Shown: positions 1 through 8,152, counted from the first letter of the stretch. The stretch: 24,000 nucleotides of DNA from Stappia stellulata DSM 5886 (GCF_000423705.1 NZ_AUIM01000004.1:638587-662586), one strand, 5' to 3'. Numbers and translations: made by a program. Notes: generated by a model not told the origin, from the sequence alone.

Positions 1-1
1 G

Positions 2-514
2 AACAACTACACATTCCTGACGAATGTGGACAAATCGAGTGCCCGCTTCGGCGACTACCATGCCGTTCAACCGGATTCGGGAATTGCGACCACGGGCCTG
101 CCGGCCTCCAACACCTCGGTCGGGCGGTTCGTGCGCGCCGCCTTCTATGCGCAATACGCCGAGAAGGCCGATACGCCCGACGACGCGGTGCTGACCCTTG
201 CTCACATCATGAACAATTTCGACCGTCCACGCGGAGTGACGATCGATTACCCCGAAGAAGGGGGCGGCCATCTCGAGGTGGCGGGCCTCGCCGAGGCCAC
301 CCCGGCAGCCTACGCCACGGAATTCACCTGCTGGACCAACCTCTCGGACCTGGACCGGAAGCAGTTCCATCTCAGGCCCCATGGCAGCCTCAACTACGTG
401 CGTTTCGATCTTGGAGCGCTCTCCTCCGAAACGGACATGCGGGTCCTGCCGATGACCGCGCTCGGCGGAGAGCAGACTGATGCAACCAAGAAACTGGTCC
501 CATTCGCCCATTGA
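2..514 (+). CDS. Linear amide C-N hydrolase, choloylglycine hydrolase / penicillin V acylase family (Ntn hydrolase); C-terminal part only, 5' end outside the window
   Basis: The reading frame is open from the window edge: NNYTFLTNV precedes the GTG that the ORF track used as a start. GLPASNTSVGRFVRAAF and EFTCWTNLSDLDRKQFHLRP resemble the conserved C-terminal motifs of this family (GLPGD..SRFVRAAF, and T.W.s..D....yy.R). The catalytic N-terminal Cys is not in the window. Confidence 0.8.
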   Translation, partial: NNYTFLTNVDKSSARFGDYHAVQPDSGIATTGLPASNTSVGRFVRAAFYAQYAEKADTPDDAVLTLAHIMNNFDRPRGVTIDYPEEGGGHLEVAGLAEATPAAYATEFTCWTNLSDLDRKQFHLRPHGSLNYVRFDLGALSSETDMRVLPMTALGGEQTDATKKLVPFAH

Positions 515-547
515 TATTTGTTGGATTTCAAGACCCCGGAGTAATTC

Positions 548-1927
548 ATGAGCAAGAAACGGCAAGAGATCTTTGACGAGGTCTACGGTGCGCGCGATGC
601 CGGCCACGTTCTGCCGAAGTCCGAGTTTCCCACGGACGAACGCGATCCGCGCCATGTCTATGCGGCGGTGCGCGACGAACTGATGCTGGACGGAAACGCC
701 AGACAGAATCTGGCAACCTTCTGCCAGACTTGGGAAGAACCCGAAGTCCATCAGTTGATGGATGATTGCATCGACAAGAACATGGTCGACAAGGACGAGT
801 ATCCCCAGACGGCGGAGATCGAGCAACGCTGCGTCCGGATGCTGGCCGATCTCTGGCATGCCCCCCAAGGTACGGCAACGGGATGCTCGACGACCGGCTC
901 GAGCGAAGCCGCGATGCTTGGTGGATTGGCGATGAAACGCCGCTGGGAGGCGCGCAGGCGGGCAGCGGGAAAAACCGTAGACCGGCCGAATCTCGTGACC
1001 GGACCTGTCCAGATCTGCTGGCACAAGTTCACCCGTTACTGGGACATCGAACATCGTGAAATTCCGATGGAAGACGGGCGCTTGCTGATGACCCCGGAAG
1101 AGGCGCTGAAGTACTGCGACGAGAACACGATCGGAGTCGTTCCGACGCTCGGTGTCACCTTCACCGGTGAATTCGAACCCGTGAAGGCGGTGAGCGATGC
1201 GCTCGACCGGCTTGAGGCGGAAACCGGTCTCGATATCCCCATTCACGTCGACGGGGCCAGCGGCGGGTTCCTGGCTCCGTTCTGTGCGCCCTCCCTGGAA
1301 TGGGACTTCACCTTGCCGCGGGTACGTTCGATCAATGCGTCCGGACACAAGTTTGGACTGGCTCCGCTTGGCGTTGGATGGGTGATGTGGCGTGAGGAGA
1401 AGGACCTGCCGGAGGAAATGGTCTTCTGGGTCAACTACCTCGGCGGAAACATGCGGGACATCGCTCTTAACTTCTCACGGCCGGGGGGACAGATCGTCTG
1501 CCAGTATTACAACTTCCTGAGGCTCGGGCGCGAAGGTTATGCAAAGGTGCACGGTGCCTGCTACAAGAGCGCCCGTTACCTGGCGGAAGAGATCTCCAGG
1601 CTCGGCCTGTTCGACATCGTTTTCGACGGAGATCCGGCCAGAGGTATCCCTGCGGTTTCCTGGAAGCTCAAGGATAACACCGATCCGGGCTTTTCACTCT
1701 TCGATCTCGCCGACAGGCTTCGCGTGCGCGGATGGCAGGTTCCCGCCTATACCCTTCCGGCAAACCAACAGGGCCAGGCGGTACAGCGCATCCTGGTCCG
1801 CAACGGCGTCAGCCTCGACTTGTGCGCGCAGCTCATCCAGGACATGCAGGCGGCAATCGACCATCTCGGCGTGCATCAACCGAGCACTCCGCTCGGCAGC
1901 GACGATTTTTCCGGGTTCCACCACTAG
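548..1927 (+). CDS. gadB: Glutamate decarboxylase (PLP-dependent, group II decarboxylase)
   Basis: The ORF is 459 aa, starting at an ATG with GGAG about 8 nt upstream. It shows full-length family hallmarks: [40 protein letters not shown], and the PLP-lysine motif [18 protein letters not shown]. Confidence 0.93.
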   Translation: MSKKRQEIFDEVYGARDAGHVLPKSEFPTDERDPRHVYAAVRDELMLDGNARQNLATFCQTWEEPEVHQLMDDCIDKNMVDKDEYPQTAEIEQRCVRMLADLWHAPQGTATGCSTTGSSEAAMLGGLAMKRRWEARRRAAGKTVDRPNLVTGPVQICWHKFTRYWDIEHREIPMEDGRLLMTPEEALKYCDENTIGVVPTLGVTFTGEFEPVKAVSDALDRLEAETGLDIPIHVDGASGGFLAPFCAPSLEWDFTLPRVRSINASGHKFGLAPLGVGWVMWREEKDLPEEMVFWVNYLGGNMRDIALNFSRPGGQIVCQYYNFLRLGREGYAKVHGACYKSARYLAEEISRLGLFDIVFDGDPARGIPAVSWKLKDNTDPGFSLFDLADRLRVRGWQVPAYTLPANQQGQAVQRILVRNGVSLDLCAQLIQDMQAAIDHLGVHQPSTPLGSDDFSGFHH

Positions 1928-1979
1928 CTGGCACAGACCGGTTGCAGACGTTCCGCCCCGCAAGCAGGTGTGAGAGAAT

Positions 1980-2840
1980 ATGGAAGCCACCTCGCCCACC
2001 AATGGAGGGACGGTCGAGATTCACCAGCGCGGTGCCTGGCCCTTTGTGACCCGCCGGTCATTCCGCCTGCACGGCGGCAAATTCATCTGGCGGGCCCGCC
2101 AGCACCGCAAGGGCCTCGTTCGCCTGCCCGGGCATGAGACGAGGCCCTTCTGGCATCGTCCCTCCTACAACTGTTGGATGGGGCTGACCTTTGCTGTCGG
2201 GGCGTCGCTCTTCATGCTGGGATCCCTGCTGTCGCTGGTCCCTTCCAGCCTTTCGGGTCTTCAAATCAACTGCATCTTCTTCGCAGGGTCCATCCCGTTC
2301 ACCCTCGCCGGCTACCTGCAGCATTTCCAGGCGGCCAACACGCCCGCCTTTGCCGGCATTGGCGTTCCGGTCGAGCAAACAGAGGGAATCCGCTGGATCG
2401 GCTGGCAGCCCGCGAGTCCGGGCTGGTGGTGCACGCTCGCGCAGCTCATCGGCACGATCGCGTTCAATTTCAACACTTTCGACGCGATACGTCCGCCCAC
2501 AGGTCAGCTTGCGCAGGACTTCATGATCTGGGTCCCCGGCATGATCGGCTCTGTCTGTTTTCTCGTCTCGGGGTATCTTGCCTATATCGAAGCGGGCCAC
2601 GCTCATATTTCTTTCCGGCCGCGAGACCTCGACTGGTGCATTGCGGCCATCAACCTGAGCGGATGCTTCGCCTTCATGATCGCATCGACACTGGCCTATG
2701 TTCCGGCCGTCAGGGAGCCCGCCTGGATCCCGGAACTCTCCAACCTGAACCTTCTTGTCGGGGCGACATGCTTCCTTGCCGGTGCGCTGCTTCTGATGGT
2801 GGAAGCCCGCGTCGACTGGGAAAAGGACGCCTATCGGTAA
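1980..2840 (+). CDS. Integral membrane protein of unknown function, six predicted TM helices built from three repeats of a 2-TM module (YrhK-like by recollection, unverified)
   Basis: The ORF is 286 aa and starts 52 nt downstream of gadB on the same strand. It has six hydrophobic helices. Even-numbered helices share a G[SA]xxF[LT][LV][AS]G[YA]L....[EQ]A pattern: FFAGSIPFTLAGYLQHFQA, GMIGSVCFLVSGYLAYIEA and LLVGATCFLAGALLLMVEA. The start codon is uncertain because the SD is weak. Confidence 0.65.
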   Translation: MEATSPTNGGTVEIHQRGAWPFVTRRSFRLHGGKFIWRARQHRKGLVRLPGHETRPFWHRPSYNCWMGLTFAVGASLFMLGSLLSLVPSSLSGLQINCIFFAGSIPFTLAGYLQHFQAANTPAFAGIGVPVEQTEGIRWIGWQPASPGWWCTLAQLIGTIAFNFNTFDAIRPPTGQLAQDFMIWVPGMIGSVCFLVSGYLAYIEAGHAHISFRPRDLDWCIAAINLSGCFAFMIASTLAYVPAVREPAWIPELSNLNLLVGATCFLAGALLLMVEARVDWEKDAYR

Positions 2841-2912
2841 GATCGGCCTTCCACATCGTGAGGGACCGGCAATGCCGCGAGGCCGGCGCTGGCGGAGTGC
2901 ACAATACCGCGC

Positions 2913-3710
2913 TCAGAACCTCAGAGTGAGACCGGCGACGGGTCCTGACAACGTGGACTGAAAGACGTGCCCGTCCGCATCGTAGTCGACGGACAGCGCC
3001 TTGTAGCCAACGGAAAGGGCCAGTCTCTCGCTCATCTTGTAATTGGCCGTCACAAGAAGTTGCCAGGTACTGTCCGCCCCAACTCCAAACCCGCCGATGT
3101 CCCCTTGGGCCAGAACCGAGAAGGCGTCGGTAAGATGAACGTGTGCCCTTGCGCCGACCAGAGGGTCGGTCCAGCCGTAGTCGCTCTTGACGGTAAACTG
3201 TCTTCCGGCGGCGCTGACCTCGAGTTTATTCCAGAGGTGCCAGTGCCGGAAACCGCCCAGGACATCGAAGGTAAAACGACCGGTGTCAACAGCGCGGTAC
3301 CCGCCCGCGAGCGTGGCCGAGAACTGCGCCGTGTTGAACCTGGCGTCGGTCGCGCCGATATAAGGAAGCGGTCCGAACGTCTCGCTATCGGTAAGGTTCA
3401 CATACATCACGTCCGCTGACAGGACCCAGCGTCCGTACCGCCCGTAAAGGTTGACGAAGCCCGCAACCTCGAGCTGCTCGAAAATGTCGGCGAACGCCTT
3501 TTCGACACGCACGGTCGGAACCCGGCGGAAGGGCGATACGTCTCCCGCGAGCCCGGATGCCCAGGCATAAGGGGTGACCTGAAAAACAGCCTTGGGCGCG
3601 CTTTCCGGCTCACTCTCTCCACGGGCGTGAAGTTCATCGGCTCCACTTGCGCCGCCCCCCCCCAAAACCACGGCAACAGCAAACAACAAGCTCCAGGAAA
3701 GTCTGGTCAT
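2913..3710 (-). CDS. Outer-membrane beta-barrel protein (porin/OMP family)
   Basis: The signal peptide is MTRLSWSLLFAVAVVLGGGGASGA. The body has an alternating amphipathic beta-strand pattern and the C-terminus LTLRF ends in the Phe typical of BAM substrates. The ORF track starts at a GTG at 3731; the ATG at 3710 gives a normal signal peptide. Confidence 0.75.
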   Translation of the reverse strand: MTRLSWSLLFAVAVVLGGGGASGADELHARGESEPESAPKAVFQVTPYAWASGLAGDVSPFRRVPTVRVEKAFADIFEQLEVAGFVNLYGRYGRWVLSADVMYVNLTDSETFGPLPYIGATDARFNTAQFSATLAGGYRAVDTGRFTFDVLGGFRHWHLWNKLEVSAAGRQFTVKSDYGWTDPLVGARAHVHLTDAFSVLAQGDIGGFGVGADSTWQLLVTANYKMSERLALSVGYKALSVDYDADGHVFQSTLSGPVAGLTLRF

Positions 3711-4045
3711 GAATTTCACCGGCAGGATCACAAATGGATGGGAAAACAGAAACTTGATAGTGGGCCGACACCAAGTTACCTAGCCCCCGGACACGTATCA
3801 TACACGTCGGTGAATGTGAAGGTTGAGGTGCCCCGCCCTGCCCTTGCGGACCAGGGCGTGAGCGCCACCTTGATCGGAGCCGTTTTCCCTGTGGCGTTTA
3901 TGCCTGCGCGGCAAGATACGGCCGTTTTCTCCGGACCGGCTGCGGCCACCATCGTGGACGTCACCCGCTTCTTGTCTATGCCGGCATCACGACGCTGGTC
4001 CTCGGACCCGGGCTGGTGGAGGCGGGATATCGCATCGATTGCAGC

Positions 4046-4753
4046 CTATTCGGCGCGGCAGTGCCACTCGGGGGTATCATCACCGTCGCGGGCCAGTGCG
4101 AGCGAGGCTTCGCGCGCGCCCCTCGTCCACCAGACATATTCGCCGCCTGCGTAACGCGCGCCGGACGCTGACACCACGGCGGCCGCAACGACGGTCTCGT
4201 CCGCCATGTTCAGGATTGCCAGCGACACCGGGCCCGCGTTGATGTAATCGACCTGAAGCTGCCGGTCTTCGCAGTTGTAGTTTATCGTCGCGGTCTCGAC
4301 CTGCGTGCCGGCCGGCAGGGCAAGCTCGAAACGGATCTCGGTCAGAAGCGGTTCGAACCGAAGTCTTTCGTTGCCCTCCCGGTCTAAAAAGATGAGCGCC
4401 CTGCCGGCCATGTCCCATCGGGCGACCTCCGCCAGCGTCTCCTGGAAGCGCCGCTCCTGCTGCATTTGCGGCTCGGCACACATCATGCGCGTCATCGCGA
4501 CGGTCTCGAAGGAGAGCGTTGAACCTTCCAGAATGGCCCGCGAAGTGAAACGGTTGCATCCGGCATGACCGGACGCGGTGCCGTCATCGCCGATCATCAG
4601 CGAAATTCCCTCTCCTGCATTGGCGGCCTTGCCATCCAGCTCCACCAGCCGCCAGACGTCGTCGACCGGGAAGGCTGGCGAGGCCTGTGAAGGCCCCGGG
4701 AAGAAGATGGCCAGAACCAATGCGAGAGCAATCGGGTAAAAGAGAGGTTTCAT
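4046..4753 (-). CDS. Periplasmic META-domain (HslJ-like) / MliC (C-type lysozyme inhibitor) fusion protein
   Basis: The signal peptide is MKPLFYPIALALVLAIFFPGPSQA. The META motifs are W.LVELDG...SGHAGCNRF...TRMMC. The C-terminal MliC motifs are SASGARY and YVWWTRG. The ORF-track start at 4783 is a TTG; the ATG at 4753 fits the signal peptide. Confidence 0.85.
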   Translation of the reverse strand: MKPLFYPIALALVLAIFFPGPSQASPAFPVDDVWRLVELDGKAANAGEGISLMIGDDGTASGHAGCNRFTSRAILEGSTLSFETVAMTRMMCAEPQMQQERRFQETLAEVARWDMAGRALIFLDREGNERLRFEPLLTEIRFELALPAGTQVETATINYNCEDRQLQVDYINAGPVSLAILNMADETVVAAAVVSASGARYAGGEYVWWTRGAREASLALARDGDDTPEWHCRAE

Positions 4754-4795
4754 GTCATTCTGCCTAAAGTGGGGGCGAAGCAAGGGATGTGTGTC

Positions 4796-6259
4796 TCAGA
4801 GCGTCTGTTTCACGACCTGGCCGCCCTTGAGAATGAGACGCAGGCTGTTTTCGGGATCGCCGAGGAACGCCAGGTCCGTTTCCGGGTCGCCGTCAACGAC
4901 CAGCAGGTCGGCCATGGCGCCCGGCGCGATGACACCCAGCGGCGCTGGATAAGGGGCACGCGCGCCGGACAGTGCCAGCAGTTCGCCATTTCTGCCGGTG
5001 GCCATGCGCAACGCCTCGAGCGGCGACATGAAGCGTGTGATCTTTGCAAGCTGCCGGCCCTGGGTCACCGTCCCCGCCGGGTTCATCAGGATGTCGGTGC
5101 CGAAGGCGATGTCGACCTTGTAGCGCTCTCCCCACTCGTAGGCCTTCACGGTTCCTTCCGCGACGCGCTTCTGGGCATCCTGTCTGGCGACATCCGGATA
5201 CTTGTTGCTGTCCTCATCGGCCAGGAACGGCTGAAGGCTCCACCAGACGCCCGTATCGGCCATGATTTTCACGGTTTCCTCGTCCGCGAGCTGACCGTGC
5301 TCGATGCTCTTGATGCCCGCACGCACGGAACGCTTTATTCCTTCCGAGGTATAGACATGGGCGCAGACATAGGTCCCCCAGTCGCTCGCCGCCTCGACTG
5401 CGGCCCTGAGTTCTCGTTCGGTGTATTGCACTGCGTCCAAAGGGTCATAGGGAGACGCAACACCGCCACCGGCCATGACCTTGAGTTGACTGGCGCCTTT
5501 CATGAGCTGCTCGCGGGCGCGCAGAAGAACCATGTCGGCGCCATCCGCGATCGCGGAGACCCCCATCTTTTCGGCGTAGCTGAGTGTGCCCGGTGCGGAC
5601 GGCAACTCGTTCAACTGTCTGAAGTCGCCGTGTCCCGAAGTCTGAGAAAGCATTGCGCCGGAGGGGAAGATCCTAGGACCTTCGACAACGGCCTCGTCAA
5701 TGGCCCGCTTGAGCGCGAAGGCAGGCCCACCGACGTCCCGGATGGTGGTGAACCCTCGCCGCAGGGTGGCGCCGGCCTCGCGTGCCGCGAGAAGATGAAC
5801 ATAGCCGATATCGGCCGTCAGCGCCGTCAACTGGCTGACAGCCGCCAGCGTGCTGTGCCAATGGGCGTCGATGAGGCCCGGAATGACCGCCCGGTTGCCA
5901 CAATCGATGCGTTCCACATTCTGGACCTCGTCGCCTCGCGGCACCAATGCGGAGATCCTGTCACCTTCGATCAGGATTTGGACGTCATCCCTCAGGCGCA
6001 GGCTTTCGCCATCGAAGAGGCGCAGGTTTTCCAGGAGCAAGGCCCTGCCCGATGCTCCGCCTTGGGCGTACCCCGGCGCGAGGCCGAAGCCGGCGAACAT
6101 GCCGAGGGTCGCCATCGTGCCCCCTAGCATCTCACGCCTCGAGATATCGGCGTTGATGCGCGCGTAGGCAGCAAGGGTCTCCGGCGCGCAGCACTTGCAC
6201 GCGGTTGGCGTATCGGAGGAGAACACCGGACGGGTGCAATCGCAGCCACATATTCTCAT
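4796..6259 (-). CDS. Amidohydrolase-superfamily metallo-hydrolase (COG1228-like) with a twin-arginine (Tat) signal and an unusual Cys-rich N-terminal extension
   Basis: The metal-binding HxH motif is PGLIDAHWH. The protein also has FTTIRDVGG and SQTSGHGDFR, and it is a clear paralog of the 11869-13113 product. The Tat-like motif is SRREMLGG, followed by a hydrophobic stretch and AQG. The ATG at 6259 has GGGAG 7 nt upstream. Confidence 0.85.
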   Translation of the reverse strand: MRICGCDCTRPVFSSDTPTACKCCAPETLAAYARINADISRREMLGGTMATLGMFAGFGLAPGYAQGGASGRALLLENLRLFDGESLRLRDDVQILIEGDRISALVPRGDEVQNVERIDCGNRAVIPGLIDAHWHSTLAAVSQLTALTADIGYVHLLAAREAGATLRRGFTTIRDVGGPAFALKRAIDEAVVEGPRIFPSGAMLSQTSGHGDFRQLNELPSAPGTLSYAEKMGVSAIADGADMVLLRAREQLMKGASQLKVMAGGGVASPYDPLDAVQYTERELRAAVEAASDWGTYVCAHVYTSEGIKRSVRAGIKSIEHGQLADEETVKIMADTGVWWSLQPFLADEDSNKYPDVARQDAQKRVAEGTVKAYEWGERYKVDIAFGTDILMNPAGTVTQGRQLAKITRFMSPLEALRMATGRNGELLALSGARAPYPAPLGVIAPGAMADLLVVDGDPETDLAFLGDPENSLRLILKGGQVVKQTL

Positions 6260-6410
6260 TGTTGAACTCCCGGAAACAGGATGCGGTCTGGCTTTACTCG
6301 GTCGGGGCTTGAGTTGAACCGCTCAAAATGGAGGACTGAAAACGAATCCAAGCATACAGCAAACCCGCCACTGTGCCGACATGAAAGTGCACATCCCTCA
6401 GCCGGAAAAC

Positions 6411-6600
6411 TCAAACAAAAAATGTAAATTGGCGCGACGCGCTGAGAGAAAAATACAAATCGAAACAAACCTCTCGTTAAATTGACAAAACTTCCATATC
6501 ACAACATAAATTTTGAAAATTTTTATTGAATAAATTTCAAATTCAGCCAAATCAATCGAGCTGCCATTTTCGGAAAACTGAATTTTTCTATGAAAAAATA
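6411..6600. other. AT-rich tract (about 30% G+C by hand count: 56 G/C in 190 nt) embedded in otherwise GC-rich DNA
   Basis: Bases were counted directly. The tract contains A/T runs, short palindromes (TTGAATAAATTTCAA; TCTATGAAAAAATAGA) and a sigma70-like TTGACA-N17-CATAAA on the + strand at 6482-6510. Confidence 0.8.
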
Positions 6601-6892
6601 GAGATCGCCATGTAACGGCTGCCTGGGGCTGCTACGCAGGGCCAGCCACTGGAAAGCAGCCTGACCCATGAACACTCATGCAGAGACGTCGGACAAAAAG
6701 CGTCTCAATCGCGTAGGTTTCATGGACCGCCCACTGAAGACCGTCTCGGGCCGCAGGTAGCAGCAGGCCTCTGCTGGCGACGAGACGCAACGCGTTTGTA
6801 CCGAAGACCGGCCATTTTTGTCTTGGAAAAAGCCGATTGTTCGGCACGGCGGCGAAGCCGATGCGGCCGCCACCTTCAGATCGACGATCTGA

Positions 6893-7030
6893 GGATGGCG
6901 ACCGATCCGCAATCCACACAAACGGGATTGGCCAGATCGCAAGCAGGCTGCGATGGCGCAAATCACCGGGCGCGGCTATCCGGTCGCGGCGGTGTCGAAG
7001 CGGCTGGGCACCAACGCCGTGGAGCGAGCT
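6893..7030 (+). pseudogene. IS3-family transposase OrfA (HTH, Transposase_8-like) remnant, lacking an in-frame start and the whole OrfB
   Basis: The frame opening at 6893 reads GWRPIRNPHKRDWPDRKQAAMAQITGRGYPVAAVSKRLGTNAVE. This fits the IS3 OrfA N-terminal pattern (R/K-rich, FsxEFKxEAVxxvxxxGysVaeVaxxLGv). The nearby ATG at 6895 is in a different frame. No transposase body follows, and the fragment runs into the 3' end of the convergent SBP gene. Confidence 0.5.
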
Positions 7031-7046
7031 CCACGGCGCCGGAACT

Positions 7047-8057
7047 TCATCGAGCCGGCGGTGCGTACATCAGGCCGCCGTCGGTCCACACCCGGTTGAG
7101 ACCGCGATCAATCTGCAAAGGGCTGTCCTTGCCGAGGTGACGTTCGAAGATTTCGCCGTAATTGCCGACGGCGGAGATCACCCGGTAGGTCCATTCGGGA
7201 TCGAGCCCCACGGACTTGTCCGCGCCGCTTTCGACACCCAGGAAACGCTTCTGGGCGGCGGTCCCGCTTTCGACGAGAGACGCTGCATTCTCCCTGGTGA
7301 TGCCCATTTCCTCGCCCTCGATCAGCGCAAAGAGCGTCCAGCGCACGATCTTGAACCACAGTTCATCCCCCTGACGCACGGCCGGACCGAGCGGTTCCTT
7401 GGAGATGATCTCGGGCAACACGATGAAGCGGTCCGGGTCGTTGAGCGACAGACGCTGGGCATAGAGCGCGGAGGCGTCGCTGGAATAGACATCACAGCGG
7501 CCTGTGGCGAAGGCTTGCACCGTCTGGTCCGGTTTCTCGAAGGCGATGACCTGGTACTCGATATTGTTGGCGCTGAAGTAGTCGGCCATGTTCTGTTCGG
7601 TTGTGGTGCCGGTCTCCGTGCAGACGGATGCGCCCGAGATTTCCTTGACGCTCGTCACCCCGACATCCTTGCCGATCATGAAGGCCTGGCCATCATAGTA
7701 GCTGATGCCCGCAAAGCTGATGCCGAGATCGGTGTCGCGCGAGCGCGTCCAGGTCGTCTGGCGCGAGAGAAGGTCCACCTCCCCCGATTGCAGCGCCGTG
7801 AAGCGGTCTTTCGTGGACAATGGCACATAGGCAACCTTGTCCGGGTCGCCGAGCGTCGCGGCGGCGACCGCGCGACAGAAGTCGATGTCGAAACCGCTCC
7901 ATACTCCGTTCTCGTCAGGCGCGGAGAAGCCGAGCACGCCCTGGCTTACCCCGCAACGCAGTTTGCCACGCTCGCTGACGGTGTCGAATGTGCCGGCTTC
8001 GGCGGCGGTACCGGTCGCAAGCATCGTGGCGGCCATGATCAGGTTTCTCAGTTTCAT
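7047..8057 (-). CDS. Amino-acid ABC transporter periplasmic substrate-binding protein (AapJ/BztA-like general L-amino-acid type), orphan with no permease or ATPase genes nearby
   Basis: The ORF is 336 aa with the signal peptide MKLRNLIMAATMLATGTAAEA. Family motifs are GKLRCGVSQGVLGFS, WSGFDIDFCRAVAAA and RFTALQSGEVDLLSR, and the C-terminus is YAPPAR. The SD is GGAGGAG. Confidence 0.9.
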   Translation of the reverse strand: MKLRNLIMAATMLATGTAAEAGTFDTVSERGKLRCGVSQGVLGFSAPDENGVWSGFDIDFCRAVAAATLGDPDKVAYVPLSTKDRFTALQSGEVDLLSRQTTWTRSRDTDLGISFAGISYYDGQAFMIGKDVGVTSVKEISGASVCTETGTTTEQNMADYFSANNIEYQVIAFEKPDQTVQAFATGRCDVYSSDASALYAQRLSLNDPDRFIVLPEIISKEPLGPAVRQGDELWFKIVRWTLFALIEGEEMGITRENAASLVESGTAAQKRFLGVESGADKSVGLDPEWTYRVISAVGNYGEIFERHLGKDSPLQIDRGLNRVWTDGGLMYAPPAR

Positions 8058-8098
8058 TCGGGTCTCCTCCTCAGTAGTTTTTGGCGCACGCCCTCCCG

Positions 8099-8120
8099 GT
8101 CGGGAAACAAGTTCCCCGAC
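8099..8120 (-). promoter_or_regulatory. Intercistronic stem-loop between the fusion gene and the SBP gene
   Basis: On the minus-strand RNA, GUCGGGGAA-CUUG-UUUCCCGAC forms a 9 bp stem including one G.U pair. On the + strand the same position is an A.C mismatch, which favours minus-strand function. No U-tract follows. Confidence 0.4.
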
Positions 8121-8152
8121 TGAAATGCTCTTGGTCGTTGTTGCGATTGGCC

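Noticed and set aside
2841-2912. Possible bidirectional terminator between the convergent membrane-protein and OMP genes
   Set aside because: Only a weak CCGGC/GCCGG stem with a ~12 nt loop is present, and there is no U/A tract. This is not enough to call.
3627-4154. 175-aa + strand ORF spanning the OMP/MliC intergenic region, plus small minus-strand ORFs at 3776-3964 and 3976-4188
   Set aside because: These ORFs overlap the 5' end of the OMP gene and the 3' end of the META/MliC gene in antisense. They have no SD or motif. The 314 bp spacer may hold promoter or terminator signals, but I could not support a gene there.
4769-6127. 452-aa ORF on the + strand, antisense to the Tat-amidohydrolase gene
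   Set aside because: It is a shadow ORF of the kind high-GC genes generate on the opposite strand. The translation is Arg/Gly/Ala-rich and low-complexity with no recognisable motif, while the minus-strand frame has clear amidohydrolase motifs.
6381-6485. 34-codon ORF (MKVHIPQPENSNKKCKLARRAERKIQIETNLSLN) entering the AT-rich tract, and the 70-aa minus-strand ORF at 6256-6468
   Set aside because: Neither has an SD. The composition simply reflects the AT-rich DNA, and the minus-strand ORF overlaps the amidohydrolase start. Neither has any supporting feature.
6837-8123. 428-aa ORF on the + strand spanning the SBP gene in antisense
   Set aside because: It is a shadow ORF. The opposite frame encodes a complete and typical AapJ-like binding protein with a signal peptide and SD. 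Only the first ~200 nt of this stretch is of interest, and there the IS3 OrfA-like reading is in a different frame.
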